Positions 43,172-55,408 of a DNA stretch of 64,000 nt are shown here, in pieces. The stretch's first letter is position 1. Each line of letters opens with the position of its first letter. The translations under genes and the position numbers were made by a program. The notes under the pieces were generated by a model. That model was not told the DNA's origin. It saw only the letters and a list, made by a program, of their open reading frames with translations, and searched no databases. The stretch is from Escherichia coli. GTDB taxonomy: Bacteria > Pseudomonadota > Gammaproteobacteria > Enterobacterales > Enterobacteriaceae. The stretch lies in assembly GCF_022846255.1 (NCBI RefSeq), contig NZ_AP025682.1. One strand, written 5' to 3'.

Positions 43172-45835
43172 TTACGCCAGACGCGGGTTAACTTTATCTG
43201 CATCGATGTTGAATTTGGCGATTGCGTCAGCAACCACTTTCTTATCGATTTCGCCACGTTTAGCCAGTTCGCCCAGCGCCGCAACCACGACATAAGAAGC
43301 ATCAACTTCAAAGTGGTGACGCAGGTTCTCACGGCTGTCGGAACGACCGAAGCCATCAGTACCCAGTACGCGGTAGTCGTCAGCCGGTACGTAAGTACGG
43401 ACCTGCTCAGCGAACAGTTTCATATAGTCGGTAGATGCCACTGCCGGAGCGTCGTTCATCACCTGAGCGATATACGGAACGCGCGGAGTTTCCAGCGGGT
43501 GCAGCATGTTCCAGCGTTCACAATCCTGACCATCACGCGCCAGTTCGGTGAAGGAAGTCACGCTATAAACGTCAGAACCTACGCCGAAATCTTTCGCCAG
43601 GATCTCAGCTGCTTCACGGACGTGACGCAGGATAGAACCGGAGCCGAGCAGCTGAACTTTACCTTTGCTACCTTCAATGGTTTCGAGTTTGTAGATACCT
43701 TTACGGATACCTTCCTCAGCACCTTCCGGCATTGCCGGCATGTGGTAGTTTTCGTTCAGCGTAGTGATGTAGTAGTAAACGTTCTCTTGTTTTTCACCGT
43801 ACATACGCTCCAGACCGTCATGCATGATGACAGCAACTTCGTAAGCGTAAGCAGGGTCGTAAGAGATACAGTTCGGGATAGTCAGCGACTGAATGTGGCT
43901 GTGGCCATCTTCGTGCTGCAGACCTTCACCGTTCAGGGTGGTACGACCGGAAGTACCGCCGATCAGGAAGCCACGCGCTTGCTGGTCGCCAGCCGCCCAG
44001 CACAGATCGCCGATACGCTGGAAGCCGAACATCGAGTAATAGATGTAGAACGGAATCATCGGCAGATTGTTGGTGCTGTAAGAGGTCGCCGCTGCCAGCC
44101 AGGAACAACCTGCGCCCAGCTCGTTGATCCCTTCCTGCAGAATCTGACCTTTCTCGTCTTCTTTATAGTAAGCAACCTGCTCGCGGTCCTGCGGGGTGTA
44201 CTGCTGACCGTTCGGGCTGTAAATACCAATCTGACGGAACAGACCTTCCATACCGAAAGTACGCGCTTCGTCGGCGATGATCGGTACCAGACGATCTTTG
44301 ATCGACTTGTTCTTCAGCATTACGTTCAGGGCACGAACGAAAGCGATAGTGGTAGAGATCTCTTTGCTCTGCTCTTCCAGCAGCGCGCCGAAGTCTTGCA
44401 GGCTCGGCAGCTCAAGCTTCTCGGTGAAGTTCGGCTGACGGCTTGGCAGATAACCGTGCAGTTTCTGACGCTGAGCGTGCAGATAGGTATGCTCTTCAGA
44501 ACCTTCCGGGAAGGTGATGTACGGCAGTTTTTCGATATCGGCATCAGACACCGGCACATTGAAACGGTCGCGGATGTGACGCACGCCGTCCATGTTCATT
44601 TTCTTAACCTGGTGCGCGATGTTTTTACCTTCAGCCGCGTCGCCCATGCCGTAACCTTTAATGGTATGAGCAAGGATTACCGTCGCTTTGCCTTTGGTTT
44701 CCTGCGCTTTCTTGAATGCAGCGTAGATTTTCTTCGGATCGTGACCGCCACGGTTCAGCGCCCAGATCTGCTCGTCAGTCCAGTCTGCAACCAGAGCTGC
44801 GGTTTCCGGATATTTACCGAAGAAGTGTTCACGAACGTACGCACCATCTTTCGATTTGAAGGTCTGGTAGTCGCCGTCAACGGTTTCGTTCATCAGCTGG
44901 ATCAGTTTACCGCTGGTATCTTTACGCAGCAGTTCATCCCAACGGCTACCCCACATCACTTTGATCACGTTCCAGCCAGCACCTTCGAAGATGCCTTCCA
45001 GTTCGTTGATGATCTTGCCGTTACCGGTGACCGGGCCGTCAAGACGCTGCAGGTTACAGTTGATAACGAAGACCAGGTTATCCAGTTTTTCACGGGTAGC
45101 GATGGTGATCGCACCTTTGGATTCCGGTTCGTCCATTTCACCGTCGCCGAGGAACGCGTAAACGGTTTGTTTAGAGGTATCTTTCAGGCCACGGTGTTCC
45201 AGATATTTCAGGAACTTAGCCTGGTAAATAGCACCAATCGGACCCAGCCCCATAGATACGGTCGGGAACTGCCAGAATTCCGGCATCAGTTTCGGGTGCG
45301 GATAGGAAGAGAGGCCATTGCCGTGAACTTCCTGACGGAAGTTATCCAGCTGCTCCTGAGTCAGACGACCTTCCAGGAAAGCACGAGCGTAAACGCCTGG
45401 GGAGATGTGGCCCTGGAAGTAAACCAGGTCGCCGCCATCCTGCTCGTTGCGTGCACGGAAGAAGTGGTTAAAGCACACATCATAAATGGTTGCGGAAGAC
45501 TGGAAGGACGCCATGTGGCCGCCCAGTTCGAGGTCTTTTTTCGACGCACGCAGAACCGTCATGATGGCGTTCCAGCGGATAGCTGAACGAATACGGCGTT
45601 CCAGTTCCAGATTACCCGGATACTCCGGTTGTTCTTCAACGGGGATGGTGTTGATGTAGTTGCTGATACCGGTGCCTGCGGCTACGTTGACACCGCCTTT
45701 GCGGGCTTCAGCAAGCAGTTGGTCGATCAGATACTGAGCACGCTCAACACCTTCTTCACGGATGACCGATTCGATCGCCTGGAGCCAGTCGCGAGTTTCG
45801 ATCGGATCCACGTCATTTGGGAAACGTTCTGACAT
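43172..45835 (-). CDS. aceE: Pyruvate dehydrogenase E1 component
   Basis: ORF 43172..45835 (887 aa) [41 protein letters not shown]. Confidence 0.95.
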   Translation of the reverse strand: MSERFPNDVDPIETRDWLQAIESVIREEGVERAQYLIDQLLAEARKGGVNVAAGTGISNYINTIPVEEQPEYPGNLELERRIRSAIRWNAIMTVLRASKKDLELGGHMASFQSSATIYDVCFNHFFRARNEQDGGDLVYFQGHISPGVYARAFLEGRLTQEQLDNFRQEVHGNGLSSYPHPKLMPEFWQFPTVSMGLGPIGAIYQAKFLKYLEHRGLKDTSKQTVYAFLGDGEMDEPESKGAITIATREKLDNLVFVINCNLQRLDGPVTGNGKIINELEGIFEGAGWNVIKVMWGSRWDELLRKDTSGKLIQLMNETVDGDYQTFKSKDGAYVREHFFGKYPETAALVADWTDEQIWALNRGGHDPKKIYAAFKKAQETKGKATVILAHTIKGYGMGDAAEGKNIAHQVKKMNMDGVRHIRDRFNVPVSDADIEKLPYITFPEGSEEHTYLHAQRQKLHGYLPSRQPNFTEKLELPSLQDFGALLEEQSKEISTTIAFVRALNVMLKNKSIKDRLVPIIADEARTFGMEGLFRQIGIYSPNGQQYTPQDREQVAYYKEDEKGQILQEGINELGAGCSWLAAATSYSTNNLPMIPFYIYYSMFGFQRIGDLCWAAGDQQARGFLIGGTSGRTTLNGEGLQHEDGHSHIQSLTIPNCISYDPAYAYEVAVIMHDGLERMYGEKQENVYYYITTLNENYHMPAMPEGAEEGIRKGIYKLETIEGSKGKVQLLGSGSILRHVREAAEILAKDFGVGSDVYSVTSFTELARDGQDCERWNMLHPLETPRVPYIAQVMNDAPAVASTDYMKLFAEQVRTYVPADDYRVLGTDGFGRSDSRENLRHHFEVDASYVVVAALGELAKRGEIDKKVVADAIAKFNIDADKVNPRLA

Positions 45836-45995
45836 GGGTTATTCCTTATCTATCTAATAACGTTGAGTTTTCTGGAACCTGTCCCATTGAACTCTCACCG
45901 GAAAGCTCAATAAGACAGGTTCTACGTTTAGTTGCCGCGCTTTTATATGCGCTTGATTTACAACATCTTCTGGATAATTTTTACCAGAAAAATCA

Positions 45996-46760
45996 CTAAT
46001 TCTTTCGTTGCTCCAGACGACGCAGAGAACGCTCACGGCGGCTCTCTTCACGGCTTCTGTCGAGCAAAATTTCTTCGATAAAGGCCAGATGGCGATGCGA
46101 TGCTTCGCGCGCTTCTTCCGGCTTACCGGCCATAATCGCTTCAAATATACGGGTGCGGTGACTACTCACCAGCGGCAGCATCTCGCGACGCGAATAGAGC
46201 AATTCGAAGTTCTGGCGGACATTCTGGGCCAACATCGGCTCCATACACCTTAGCAGATGAAGCAGAACCACATTGTGGGCCGCTTCGGTGACGGCAATCT
46301 GATACTGGAGTACGGCGTTTGATTCCGCGTCCAGATCGCCAGACTGCTGCGCCAGCTCTATAGCGTGGTGGAGTTCACGGATGCGTTCCTTGTCTTCATC
46401 GGTACTACGCAGCGCGGCGTAATAAGCGGCGATACCTTCCAGGGCGTGTCGTGTTTCGAGCAAGTCATACTGTGATTCAGGATGGTCGGAGAGCAGCTCC
46501 ACCAGCGGATCGCTGAAGCTTTGCCATAGGCTGCTCTGGACAAAAGTGCCGCCACCCTGGCGACGAAGCAACAAGCCCTTCGCTTCGAGACGTTGAATCG
46601 CCTCACGCAATGAGGGACGGGAGACGTCAAACTGTTTTGCCAGTTCGCGTTCCGGTGGGAGTTTTTCGCCCGGGCGGAGAGTGCCTTCGAGGATCAAAAA
46701 CTCCAGTTGCTGCTCAATCACATCGGAGAGTTTTGGTTGGCGGATTTTGCTGTAGGCCAT
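45996..46760 (-). CDS. pdhR: Pyruvate dehydrogenase complex repressor PdhR (GntR/FadR family)
   Basis: Within ORF 45996..46793; ATG 46760 gives [55 protein letters not shown] (254 aa). Confidence 0.92.
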
Positions 46761-46791
46761 GAGTTCCTGTCTTAAGCCACTTGCCGAAGTC

Positions 46792-46808
46792 AATTGGTCT
46801 TACCAATT
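46792..46808. promoter_or_regulatory. PdhR operator (perfect 17-bp palindrome) in the pdhR leader
   Basis: AATTGGTCTTACCAATT at 46792-46808, ~32 bp upstream of the pdhR ATG. Confidence 0.7.
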
Positions 46809-47300
46809 TCATGTCTGTGACGCTAAAGTAACAAAGTATTCACCTTATGTCCATACATGTTTTGATTGAAATCATGAAACTGTGCACATTTTAACAACTT
46901 GACATATATAACGTTTCAAAGTTGTAACTATGCACAAATGTAGACTTTACGTAGGAAAGGGATTTTTTAACGATTATTAAACTATAAAAATCCGAATTGA
47001 ACCGATTCACTTACCAATTTTGTGATTTTTAATTCAATTAAAACGAATTTAAATTCATTCTGCATATTGAGAGGGGTTGAGGCTGAGCTTTACAAACGGT
47101 TTCTTTTTAAGCAACTCATCTTCAACCATGCATAAAGCGGGTGCATTCGCTGTCGCATACCATTATTCTTGATCTGACGGAAGTCTTTTTGTAACAATTC
47201 AAACTTCTTTGATGTAAACAAATTAATACAACAAACGGAATTGCAAACTTACACACGCATCACTGCGTAGATCAAAAAAACAATCACCGCACGAGGTTTC

Positions 47301-48674
47301 ATGATGGAAGGTCAACAGCACGGCGAGCAGCTAAAGCGCGGCCTTAAAAACCGCCATATTCAGCTTATCGCGCTGGGTGGCGCGATAGGGACCGGGTTAT
47401 TCCTGGGTAGCGCCTCCGTAATACAGTCCGCAGGGCCAGGGATTATCCTGGGTTACGCCATTGCTGGTTTTATCGCCTTTCTGATCATGCGTCAGCTGGG
47501 TGAAATGGTGGTCGAAGAACCTGTCGCAGGCTCCTTTAGCCACTTTGCTTATAAATACTGGGGCAGTTTTGCCGGTTTCGCCTCTGGCTGGAACTACTGG
47601 GTACTGTACGTTTTAGTTGCCATGGCAGAGCTGACTGCCGTGGGTAAATACATTCAGTTCTGGTATCCGGAAATCCCAACCTGGGTTTCTGCCGCCGTGT
47701 TCTTTGTGGTGATCAACGCCATCAACCTGACAAACGTAAAAGTGTTTGGCGAGATGGAGTTCTGGTTTGCCATTATCAAAGTTATCGCGGTGGTAGCGAT
47801 GATCATCTTCGGCGCCTGGCTGCTATTCAGCGGCAACGGCGGCCCGCAGGCGAGCGTTAGCAACCTGTGGGATCAGGGTGGTTTCCTGCCACACGGCTTC
47901 ACCGGTCTGGTGATGATGATGGCGATTATCATGTTCTCTTTCGGTGGTCTGGAACTGGTGGGGATCACCGCAGCAGAAGCTGATAACCCGGAGCAAAGTA
48001 TCCCAAAAGCAACTAACCAGGTTATCTACCGCATCCTGATTTTCTATATTGGTTCGTTAGCCGTTCTGCTCTCACTAATGCCGTGGACCCGCGTTACCGC
48101 CGATACCAGTCCGTTTGTGCTGATCTTCCACGAGTTAGGCGATACCTTTGTAGCGAATGCGCTGAATATCGTGGTACTGACTGCTGCGCTCTCCGTGTAC
48201 AACAGCTGCGTATATTGCAACAGCCGTATGCTGTTCGGTCTGGCACAACAAGGGAACGCGCCAAAAGCGCTGGCGTCTGTCGATAAACGCGGCGTACCGG
48301 TTAACACTATTCTGGTGTCTGCGCTGGTTACGGCATTGTGCGTACTGATTAACTACCTTGCCCCAGAGTCCGCTTTCGGACTGTTAATGGCGCTGGTGGT
48401 ATCTGCACTGGTCATCAACTGGGCGATGATCAGTCTGGCGCATATGAAATTCCGTCGTGCCAAACAAGAACAAGGCGTGGTAACTCGCTTCCCTGCCCTG
48501 CTTTATCCGCTGGGTAACTGGATCTGCCTGCTGTTTATGGCGGCGGTACTGGTGATTATGCTGATGACCCCAGGAATGGCGATTTCGGTATACCTGATCC
48601 CGGTATGGCTGATCGTGTTAGGTATCGGCTATCTGTTTAAAGAGAAAACCGCCAAAGCCGTAAAAGCGCATTAA
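47301..48674 (+). CDS. aroP: Aromatic amino acid:H+ symporter (APC family)
   Basis: ORF 47301..48674 (457 aa) MMEGQQHGEQLKRGLKNRHIQLIALGGAIGTGLFLGSASVIQSAGPG; 12-TM permease. Confidence 0.93.
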   Translation: MMEGQQHGEQLKRGLKNRHIQLIALGGAIGTGLFLGSASVIQSAGPGIILGYAIAGFIAFLIMRQLGEMVVEEPVAGSFSHFAYKYWGSFAGFASGWNYWVLYVLVAMAELTAVGKYIQFWYPEIPTWVSAAVFFVVINAINLTNVKVFGEMEFWFAIIKVIAVVAMIIFGAWLLFSGNGGPQASVSNLWDQGGFLPHGFTGLVMMMAIIMFSFGGLELVGITAAEADNPEQSIPKATNQVIYRILIFYIGSLAVLLSLMPWTRVTADTSPFVLIFHELGDTFVANALNIVVLTAALSVYNSCVYCNSRMLFGLAQQGNAPKALASVDKRGVPVNTILVSALVTALCVLINYLAPESAFGLLMALVVSALVINWAMISLAHMKFRRAKQEQGVVTRFPALLYPLGNWICLLFMAAVLVIMLMTPGMAISVYLIPVWLIVLGIGYLFKEKTAKAVKAH

Positions 48675-48683
48675 TCTCTCTAC

Positions 48684-48708
48684 GCCCTCACCCGTGCAGG
48701 GTGAGGGC
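48684..48708. terminator. Shared hairpin between convergent aroP and ampE
   Basis: Perfect 10-bp stem GCCCTCACCC / GGGTGAGGGC (48684-48693 / 48699-48708), loop GTGCA; 9 nt after aroP stop and 8 nt after ampE stop; no strong T-tract. Confidence 0.5.
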
Positions 48709-48716
48709 AATAATCT

Positions 48717-49571
48717 TTACACCAACGCCCCGTAAATCGTCAGTAGCGCAATTACCACCACGACCACGAACGAGGTTTTCTTCGCCATTGAAACCGCTGC
48801 CTTTGGCGTCTCCACCTTATCGACATGCGGTTCACGCGCCAGAGAGAACTGTGCCAGACGCGTTAATACCTGATATTGCGAAGTATGGAAATCACCCAGC
48901 GAAGCAAACCAGGCCGGTAACGCTTTCTCACCATGACCGATCAAGGCATATACCACACCCGCAAGACGAACCGGCACCCAATCCAGTACATGAAGCACGC
49001 CATCAATGCCGGACTGTAAACGATGATGCGGCGTCTGGTATCGCGCCAGCCAGTATTGCCATGCACGCAAAAACGCATACCCCATCAGCGTAACGGGTCC
49101 CCAGGTTCCCCCCACAATCAGCCAGAACAGCGGAGCAAGATAAAAACGAAAGTTAATCCACAGCAATGCATTTTGCAGCTCACGCAAATACTCACGTTCA
49201 TCGCAGCCTGCCGGGACGCCGTGAATCATGGTGAGTTCGCCAGCCATCGTGGCACGGGCATGGCTATCATTACGTGAAGCAGCTGTCAGATAAGCATGAT
49301 AATGAAGACGAACTTTACCTGCGCCAATACACAGCAAACCAATCAGCAGCCACACCAGCAGCGTGGGAACGTTGAACAATACTCCCTGCAATGCGCGTAA
49401 CAGTAAAAAAGTCACGCCCATCGCAATAATGGTCATGCCTAATGTGCGCCCGAGAGAAAAATGTTTCACCCGCCGAAAGAACGCTTCAAGACGATGATCA
49501 AGCTGCCAGTGCTCGCCCAACTTAAACAGGCGCTCGAAAATTAACACCAGTAAGGTTGTAAATAGCGTCAT
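48717..49571 (-). CDS. ampE: Inner-membrane protein AmpE
   Basis: Within ORF 48717..49610; ATG 49571 after AGGAG gives [23 protein letters not shown] (284 aa); start overlaps ampD stop (ATGA). Confidence 0.88.
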   Translation of the reverse strand: MTLFTTLLVLIFERLFKLGEHWQLDHRLEAFFRRVKHFSLGRTLGMTIIAMGVTFLLLRALQGVLFNVPTLLVWLLIGLLCIGAGKVRLHYHAYLTAASRNDSHARATMAGELTMIHGVPAGCDEREYLRELQNALLWINFRFYLAPLFWLIVGGTWGPVTLMGYAFLRAWQYWLARYQTPHHRLQSGIDGVLHVLDWVPVRLAGVVYALIGHGEKALPAWFASLGDFHTSQYQVLTRLAQFSLAREPHVDKVETPKAAVSMAKKTSFVVVVVIALLTIYGALV

Positions 49572-50119
49572 GTTGTCTCCTTGCTGACCAGTGCACGAAA
49601 CCGTGCCCAATCAAATGCAGGGCCGGGATCGGTTTTCCGATCCGGCGCAATATCACAATGGCCCGTCATGTTATTAGCGATATCTGGATAGCGATCAATC
49701 AGTGCCCGCGTAACCGCCGCAAGCTGTTGATACTGCGCATCGGTATACGCCAGCGTATCGGTGCCTTCCAGCTCAATCCCAATAGAAAAATCATTGCAGC
49801 GTTCACGCCCCTGATACTGAGAGACTCCCGCATGCCAGGCACGTTTATCGAAAGGAACATACTGGACTATTTCACCATCACGGCGAATCAAACAGTGAGC
49901 GGAGACGCGCAAATGGGCGATCTCAGCAAAGAAAGGATGTGCCTGCGGATCAATAGTTCCAGTGAATAATGCGTCGATCCACGGACCGCCAAACTCGCCT
50001 GGCGGCAGGCTAATATTGTGCACCACCAGCAGGGTGGGTGTTTCGTCATCCGGGCGGCAATCGTAATGTGGTGAGGGAACGCGGCGCGCGCCAACCAGCC
50101 ACCCCTGTTCTAACAACAT
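49568..50119 (-). CDS. ampD: 1,6-anhydro-N-acetylmuramyl-L-alanine amidase AmpD
   Basis: ORF 49568..50119 (183 aa) [45 protein letters not shown]. Confidence 0.92.
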   Translation of the reverse strand: MLLEQGWLVGARRVPSPHYDCRPDDETPTLLVVHNISLPPGEFGGPWIDALFTGTIDPQAHPFFAEIAHLRVSAHCLIRRDGEIVQYVPFDKRAWHAGVSQYQGRERCNDFSIGIELEGTDTLAYTDAQYQQLAAVTRALIDRYPDIANNMTGHCDIAPDRKTDPGPAFDWARFRALVSKETT

Positions 50120-50146
50120 GCAGGATCTCCTTATATGTGGTGCTAA

Positions 50147-51100
<954 letters not shown>

Positions 51101-51302
51101 TTGCTGACAGATTTATCCGCTCCATCGCGGGCGGATAATCTCCCCTTTCCCAACTTTCTTCGTAACGCCTCGCAAATTTCTTGTCTTTCGCTGCAACGTA
51201 ATAAAAAACTCCGGAAGCTGCTTTCCCGTTTCGTTTTTTGCCCCTCGCTTGTGCTGATGGCGTTTGCCAAAGTAGCGCCAACCAAATCAAGGAGCGAAAC
51301 AA

Positions 51303-51743
51303 ATGGACAAGCAACGCGGTTTTACACTTATCGAACTGATGGTGGTTATTGGCATCATTGCCATTTTAAGCGCCATTGGTATTCCCGCTTATCAAAACTA
51401 CCTGCGCAAAGCCGCACTCACCGACATGCTACAAACCTTTGTGCCTTACCGTACCGCCGTAGAGTTGTGCGCGCTGGAACATGGTGGATTAAATACCTGC
51501 GACGGTGGCAGCAATGGCATTCCTTCGCCTACCACCACCCGCTATGTTTCAGCCATGAGTGTGGCAAAGGGCGTGGTGTCGCTGACCGGGCAAGAAAGTC
51601 TCAATGGGCTAAGCGTCGTCATGACACCGGGTTGGGATAACGCAAACGGCGTCACCGGCTGGACGCGTAACTGCAATATTCAAAGTGACAGCGCATTGCA
51701 GCAAGCCTGCGAAGATGTCTTCCGCTTTGATGACGCCAACTAA
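51303..51743 (+). CDS. ppdD: Type IV prepilin-like protein PpdD (major pilin homolog)
   Basis: ORF 51303..51743 (146 aa); AAGGAG upstream; class III leader MDKQRGFTLIELMVVIGIIAILSAIGIPAYQNY. Confidence 0.85.
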   Translation: MDKQRGFTLIELMVVIGIIAILSAIGIPAYQNYLRKAALTDMLQTFVPYRTAVELCALEHGGLNTCDGGSNGIPSPTTTRYVSAMSVAKGVVSLTGQESLNGLSVVMTPGWDNANGVTGWTRNCNIQSDSALQQACEDVFRFDDAN

Positions 51744-51752
51744 GGAGCGGCA

Positions 51753-53138
51753 ATGAATATTCCACAGCTCACCGCCCTGTGTCTGCGTTATCAGGGAGTC
51801 TTGCTGGATGCCAGCGAAGAGGTGGTTCATGTTGCGGTAGTCGATGCACCTTCGCATGAGCTACTGGACGCATTGCATTTCGCTACCACCAAACGTATTG
51901 AGATCACCTTCTGGACGCGCCAACAAATGGAAGGTCACGCCAGTCGCACACAACAGACATTGCCCGTAGCTGTTCAGGAGAAGCATCAGCCCAAAGCAGA
52001 GTTGCTGACTCGAACGTTACAATCTGCGCTAGAACAACGCGCGTCTGATATTCATATCGAACCAGCGGACAATGCCTACCGCATCCGCTTGCGTATCGAC
52101 GGCGTATTGCATCCTTTACCGGACGTTTCACCGGATGCCGGAGTCGCATTAACCGCCAGATTAAAAGTGCTGGGAAACCTGGATATTGCGGAACATCGCC
52201 TGCCGCAGGACGGGCAATTCACTGTCGAACTGGCAGGAAACGCCGTCTCATTTCGTATTGCGACCTTAGCATGTCGGGGTGGTGAAAAGGTGGTATTAAG
52301 GTTGTTACAGCAGGTGAACCAGGCACTGGATGTTAACACGCTTGGAATGCAGCCGTCACAACTGGTGGACTTTGCTCATGCCTTGCAACAACCACAGGGA
52401 CTGGTGCTGGTAACTGGCCCTACAGGCAGCGGCAAAACGGTCACGCTTTATAGTGCCCTGCAAATGCTGAATACCGCTGACATTAATATTTGTAGCGTCG
52501 AAGATCCGGTTGAGATCCCCATAGCCGGACTAAACCAGACGCAAATCCATCCGCGTGCCGGACTCACCTTTCAGGGCGTTTTACGTGCGTTATTGCGCCA
52601 GGATCCTGACGTCATTATGATCGGAGAGATCCGCGATGGCGAAACGGCAGAAATTGCCATTAACGCCGCACAAACGGGTCATCTGGTATTGTCCACCCTA
52701 CACACCAACTCCACCTGCGAAACGCTGGTACGTTTACAGCAAATGGGAGTCGCCCGCTGGATGCTCTCATCAGCGCTTACGCTGGTAATAGCCCAGCGTC
52801 TGGTACGCAAACTTTGCCCACATTGTCGCCGACAGCAAGGGGAGCCAATCCATATTCCAGACAATGTATGGCCGTCGCCGCTGCCCCGCTGGCAAGCACC
52901 CGGTTGTGTACATTGCTACCACGGTTTTTATGGTCGCACGGCCTTATTTGAAGTTCTGCCCATAACACCGGTCATACGTCAGCTTATTTCCGCTAATACC
53001 GACGTTGAATCGCTGGAAACGCACGCCCGACAGGCGGGTATGCGAACGCTTTTTGAAAACGGCTGTCTGGCCGTGGAGCAAGGCTTAACCACCTTTGAAG
53101 AGTTAATCCGCGTATTGGGGATGCCGCATGGCGAGTAA
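51753..53138 (+). CDS. hofB: Type IV pilus assembly ATPase (PilB/GspE family)
   Basis: ORF 51753..53138 (461 aa); Walker A GPTGSGKT; tetracysteine CPHC...CVHC. Confidence 0.85.
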   Translation: MNIPQLTALCLRYQGVLLDASEEVVHVAVVDAPSHELLDALHFATTKRIEITFWTRQQMEGHASRTQQTLPVAVQEKHQPKAELLTRTLQSALEQRASDIHIEPADNAYRIRLRIDGVLHPLPDVSPDAGVALTARLKVLGNLDIAEHRLPQDGQFTVELAGNAVSFRIATLACRGGEKVVLRLLQQVNQALDVNTLGMQPSQLVDFAHALQQPQGLVLVTGPTGSGKTVTLYSALQMLNTADINICSVEDPVEIPIAGLNQTQIHPRAGLTFQGVLRALLRQDPDVIMIGEIRDGETAEIAINAAQTGHLVLSTLHTNSTCETLVRLQQMGVARWMLSSALTLVIAQRLVRKLCPHCRRQQGEPIHIPDNVWPSPLPRWQAPGCVHCYHGFYGRTALFEVLPITPVIRQLISANTDVESLETHARQAGMRTLFENGCLAVEQGLTTFEELIRVLGMPHGE

Positions 53139-54330
53139 GCAACTCTGGCGCTGGCGTGGCATAACCGGCGACGGCAATGCGCAAGATGGGATGCTATGGG
53201 CAGAGAGCCGTGCTTTGCTGCTTATGGCACTACAGCAACAGATGGTTACCCCACTAAGCCTGAAGCGAATCGCCATCAATTCTGCGCAGTGGCGAGGAGA
53301 TAAAAGCGCGGAAGTCATTCATCAACTGGCGACGCTACTCAAAGCCGGGTTAACGCTTTCTGAAGGGCTGGCACTGCTGGCGGAACAGCATCCCTGTAAG
53401 CAATGGCAAGCGTTGCTGCAATCGCTGGCACACGATCTCGAACAGGGCATTGCCTTTTCCAATGCCTTATTACCCTGGTCAGAGGTATTTCCGCCGCTCT
53501 ATCAGGCGATGATCCGCACGGGTGAACTGACCGGTAAGCTGGATGAATGCTGCTTTGAACTGGCGCGTCAACAAAAAGCCCAGCGTCAGTTGACCGACAA
53601 AGTGAAATCAGCGTTACGTTATCCCATTATCATTTTAGCGATGGCAATCATGGTGGTTGTGGCAATGCTGCATTTTGTTCTGCCGGAGTTTGCCGCTATC
53701 TATAAGACCTTTAACACTCCGCTACCGGCGCTAACGCAGGGGATCATGACGCTGGCAAGCTTTAGTGGCGAATGGGGTTGGTTGCTGGTGCTATTCGGCT
53801 TTCTGCTGGCGATAGCCAATAAGCTGCTGATGCGCCACCCAACCAGGCTTATCGCACGGCAGAAATTGCTGTTACGCATCCCGATTATGGGTTCACTGAT
53901 GCGGGGACAAAAACTCACGCAGATCTTTACGATTCTGACGCTGACACAAAGTGCAGGCATTTCTTTTTTACAGGGCGTTGAGAGCGTCAGAGAAACAATG
54001 CGCTGCCCGTACTGGGTGCAACTTCTGACACAAATCCAGCACGATATCAGTAACGGTCACTCCATCTGGCTGGCGCTAAAAAATGCCGGTGAGTTTAGCC
54101 CGCTCTGTTTGCAATTAGTGAGAACAGGAGAGGCATCCGGCTCGCTGGATCTCATGTTAGACAACCTCGCCCATCATCATCGGGATAACACAATGGCGCT
54201 GGCGGATAACCTCGCAGCCTTACTGGAACCGGCGTTGCTGATCATAACGGGAGGAATTATCGGTACGCTGGTGGTGGCAATGTATCTGCCAATTTTCCAT
54301 TTAGGCGATGCGATGAGTGGAATGGGATAA
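53128..54330 (+). CDS. hofC: Type IV pilus inner-membrane platform protein (PilC/GspF family)
   Basis: ORF 53128..54330 (400 aa); overlaps hofB 3' end by 11 nt; polytopic. Confidence 0.85.
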   Translation: MASKQLWRWRGITGDGNAQDGMLWAESRALLLMALQQQMVTPLSLKRIAINSAQWRGDKSAEVIHQLATLLKAGLTLSEGLALLAEQHPCKQWQALLQSLAHDLEQGIAFSNALLPWSEVFPPLYQAMIRTGELTGKLDECCFELARQQKAQRQLTDKVKSALRYPIIILAMAIMVVVAMLHFVLPEFAAIYKTFNTPLPALTQGIMTLASFSGEWGWLLVLFGFLLAIANKLLMRHPTRLIARQKLLLRIPIMGSLMRGQKLTQIFTILTLTQSAGISFLQGVESVRETMRCPYWVQLLTQIQHDISNGHSIWLALKNAGEFSPLCLQLVRTGEASGSLDLMLDNLAHHHRDNTMALADNLAALLEPALLIITGGIIGTLVVAMYLPIFHLGDAMSGMG

Positions 54331-54364
54331 CGCTGGCGTGTTGCTCCACGCCAGCGTTGGTATA
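54331..54364. terminator. Bidirectional intrinsic terminator between convergent hofC and guaC
   Basis: Stem CGCTGGCGTG / CACGCCAGCG (54331-54340 / 54347-54356) immediately after hofC stop, followed by TTGGTATATTA. Confidence 0.6.
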
Positions 54365-55408
54365 TTACAGGTTGTTGAAGATGCGGTTTTCTTGTTCCTG
54401 CACACGGATAAATGTGGTGCGTTTGGTCAGTTCTTTCAGGCGTGAAGCCCCAACGTATGTACAAGCTGAACGCAGGCCGCCCAAAATATCACGCGCGGTA
54501 TTTTCAACCGGGCCTCGCAGCGGCAGCTTAACGGTTTTACCTTCTGCTGCGCGATATTCCGCAACGCCGCCAACGTGACGTTTCATCGCAGACTCTGAGC
54601 TCATGCCGTAGAACAACATAAATTTCTCGCCGTTCTCCTCAACGATGCGACCGCCGCTCTCTTCGTGGCCCGCCAGCATGCCGCCAAGCATTACGAAATC
54701 GGCACCGCCGCCAAAGGCTTTCGCGACATCGCCCGGCGTGGTGCAGCCGCCATCGCTGACGATCATTCCGCCCAGACCGTGCGCAGCATCGGCACATTCG
54801 ATTACCGCAGAAAGTTGCGGATAACCGACGCCTGTTTTGACGCGAGTTGTACAAACAGAACCTGGGCCAATGCCAACTTTAACGATATCGGCACCGGAGA
54901 GGATAAGCTCCTCACACATTTCACCAGTCACTACGTTGCCAGCACAAATGGTTTTGGTCGGCCACGCTTCACGCGCTTTCGCAACGAACTGCACGAAGTG
55001 TTCGGAATAACCATTCGCCACGTCAATACAAACGAAATTTAATGCCGGGTTCAGGTCGAGAATCTGTTTAGTTTTTTCGAAATCCGCATCAGACGTGCCG
55101 GTAGAAACCATCACATGTTTCAGCACATCAGCGGAAGAATTGTTGATAAACGCTTGCCACTCTTCGACAGAATAGTGTTTATGCACAGCAGTCAGAATAT
55201 CAAAAGAAGCCAGCGCAGAGGCCATAGAAAATGTGCCTACGGTGTCCATATTTGCGGCAATAATCGGCACGCAGGACCAGCTCTGACCTGAATGTTTGAA
55301 GGTGAATTGACGTTCCAGTTCAACATCGGAACGGCTTTTAAGAGTGGAGCGTTTAGGGCGGATGAGAACGTCTTTAAAACCTAACTTCAGATCTTCTTCA
55401 ATACGCAT
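54365..55408 (-). CDS. guaC: GMP reductase
   Basis: ORF 54365..55408 (347 aa) [41 protein letters not shown]; IMPDH/GMPR fold. Confidence 0.93.
   Translation of the reverse strand: MRIEEDLKLGFKDVLIRPKRSTLKSRSDVELERQFTFKHSGQSWSCVPIIAANMDTVGTFSMASALASFDILTAVHKHYSVEEWQAFINNSSADVLKHVMVSTGTSDADFEKTKQILDLNPALNFVCIDVANGYSEHFVQFVAKAREAWPTKTICAGNVVTGEMCEELILSGADIVKVGIGPGSVCTTRVKTGVGYPQLSAVIECADAAHGLGGMIVSDGGCTTPGDVAKAFGGGADFVMLGGMLAGHEESGGRIVEENGEKFMLFYGMSSESAMKRHVGGVAEYRAAEGKTVKLPLRGPVENTARDILGGLRSACTYVGASRLKELTKRTTFIRVQEQENRIFNNL

Noticed and set aside
43313-45586. 757-aa plus-strand ORF opposite aceE, with similar 590-aa (41523..43295) and 393-aa (62287..63468) ORFs opposite aceF and ftsZ
   Set aside because: Antisense shadows of highly expressed, strongly codon-biased genes. 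No ribosome-binding sites and no recognisable protein features; the sense-strand genes are unambiguous.
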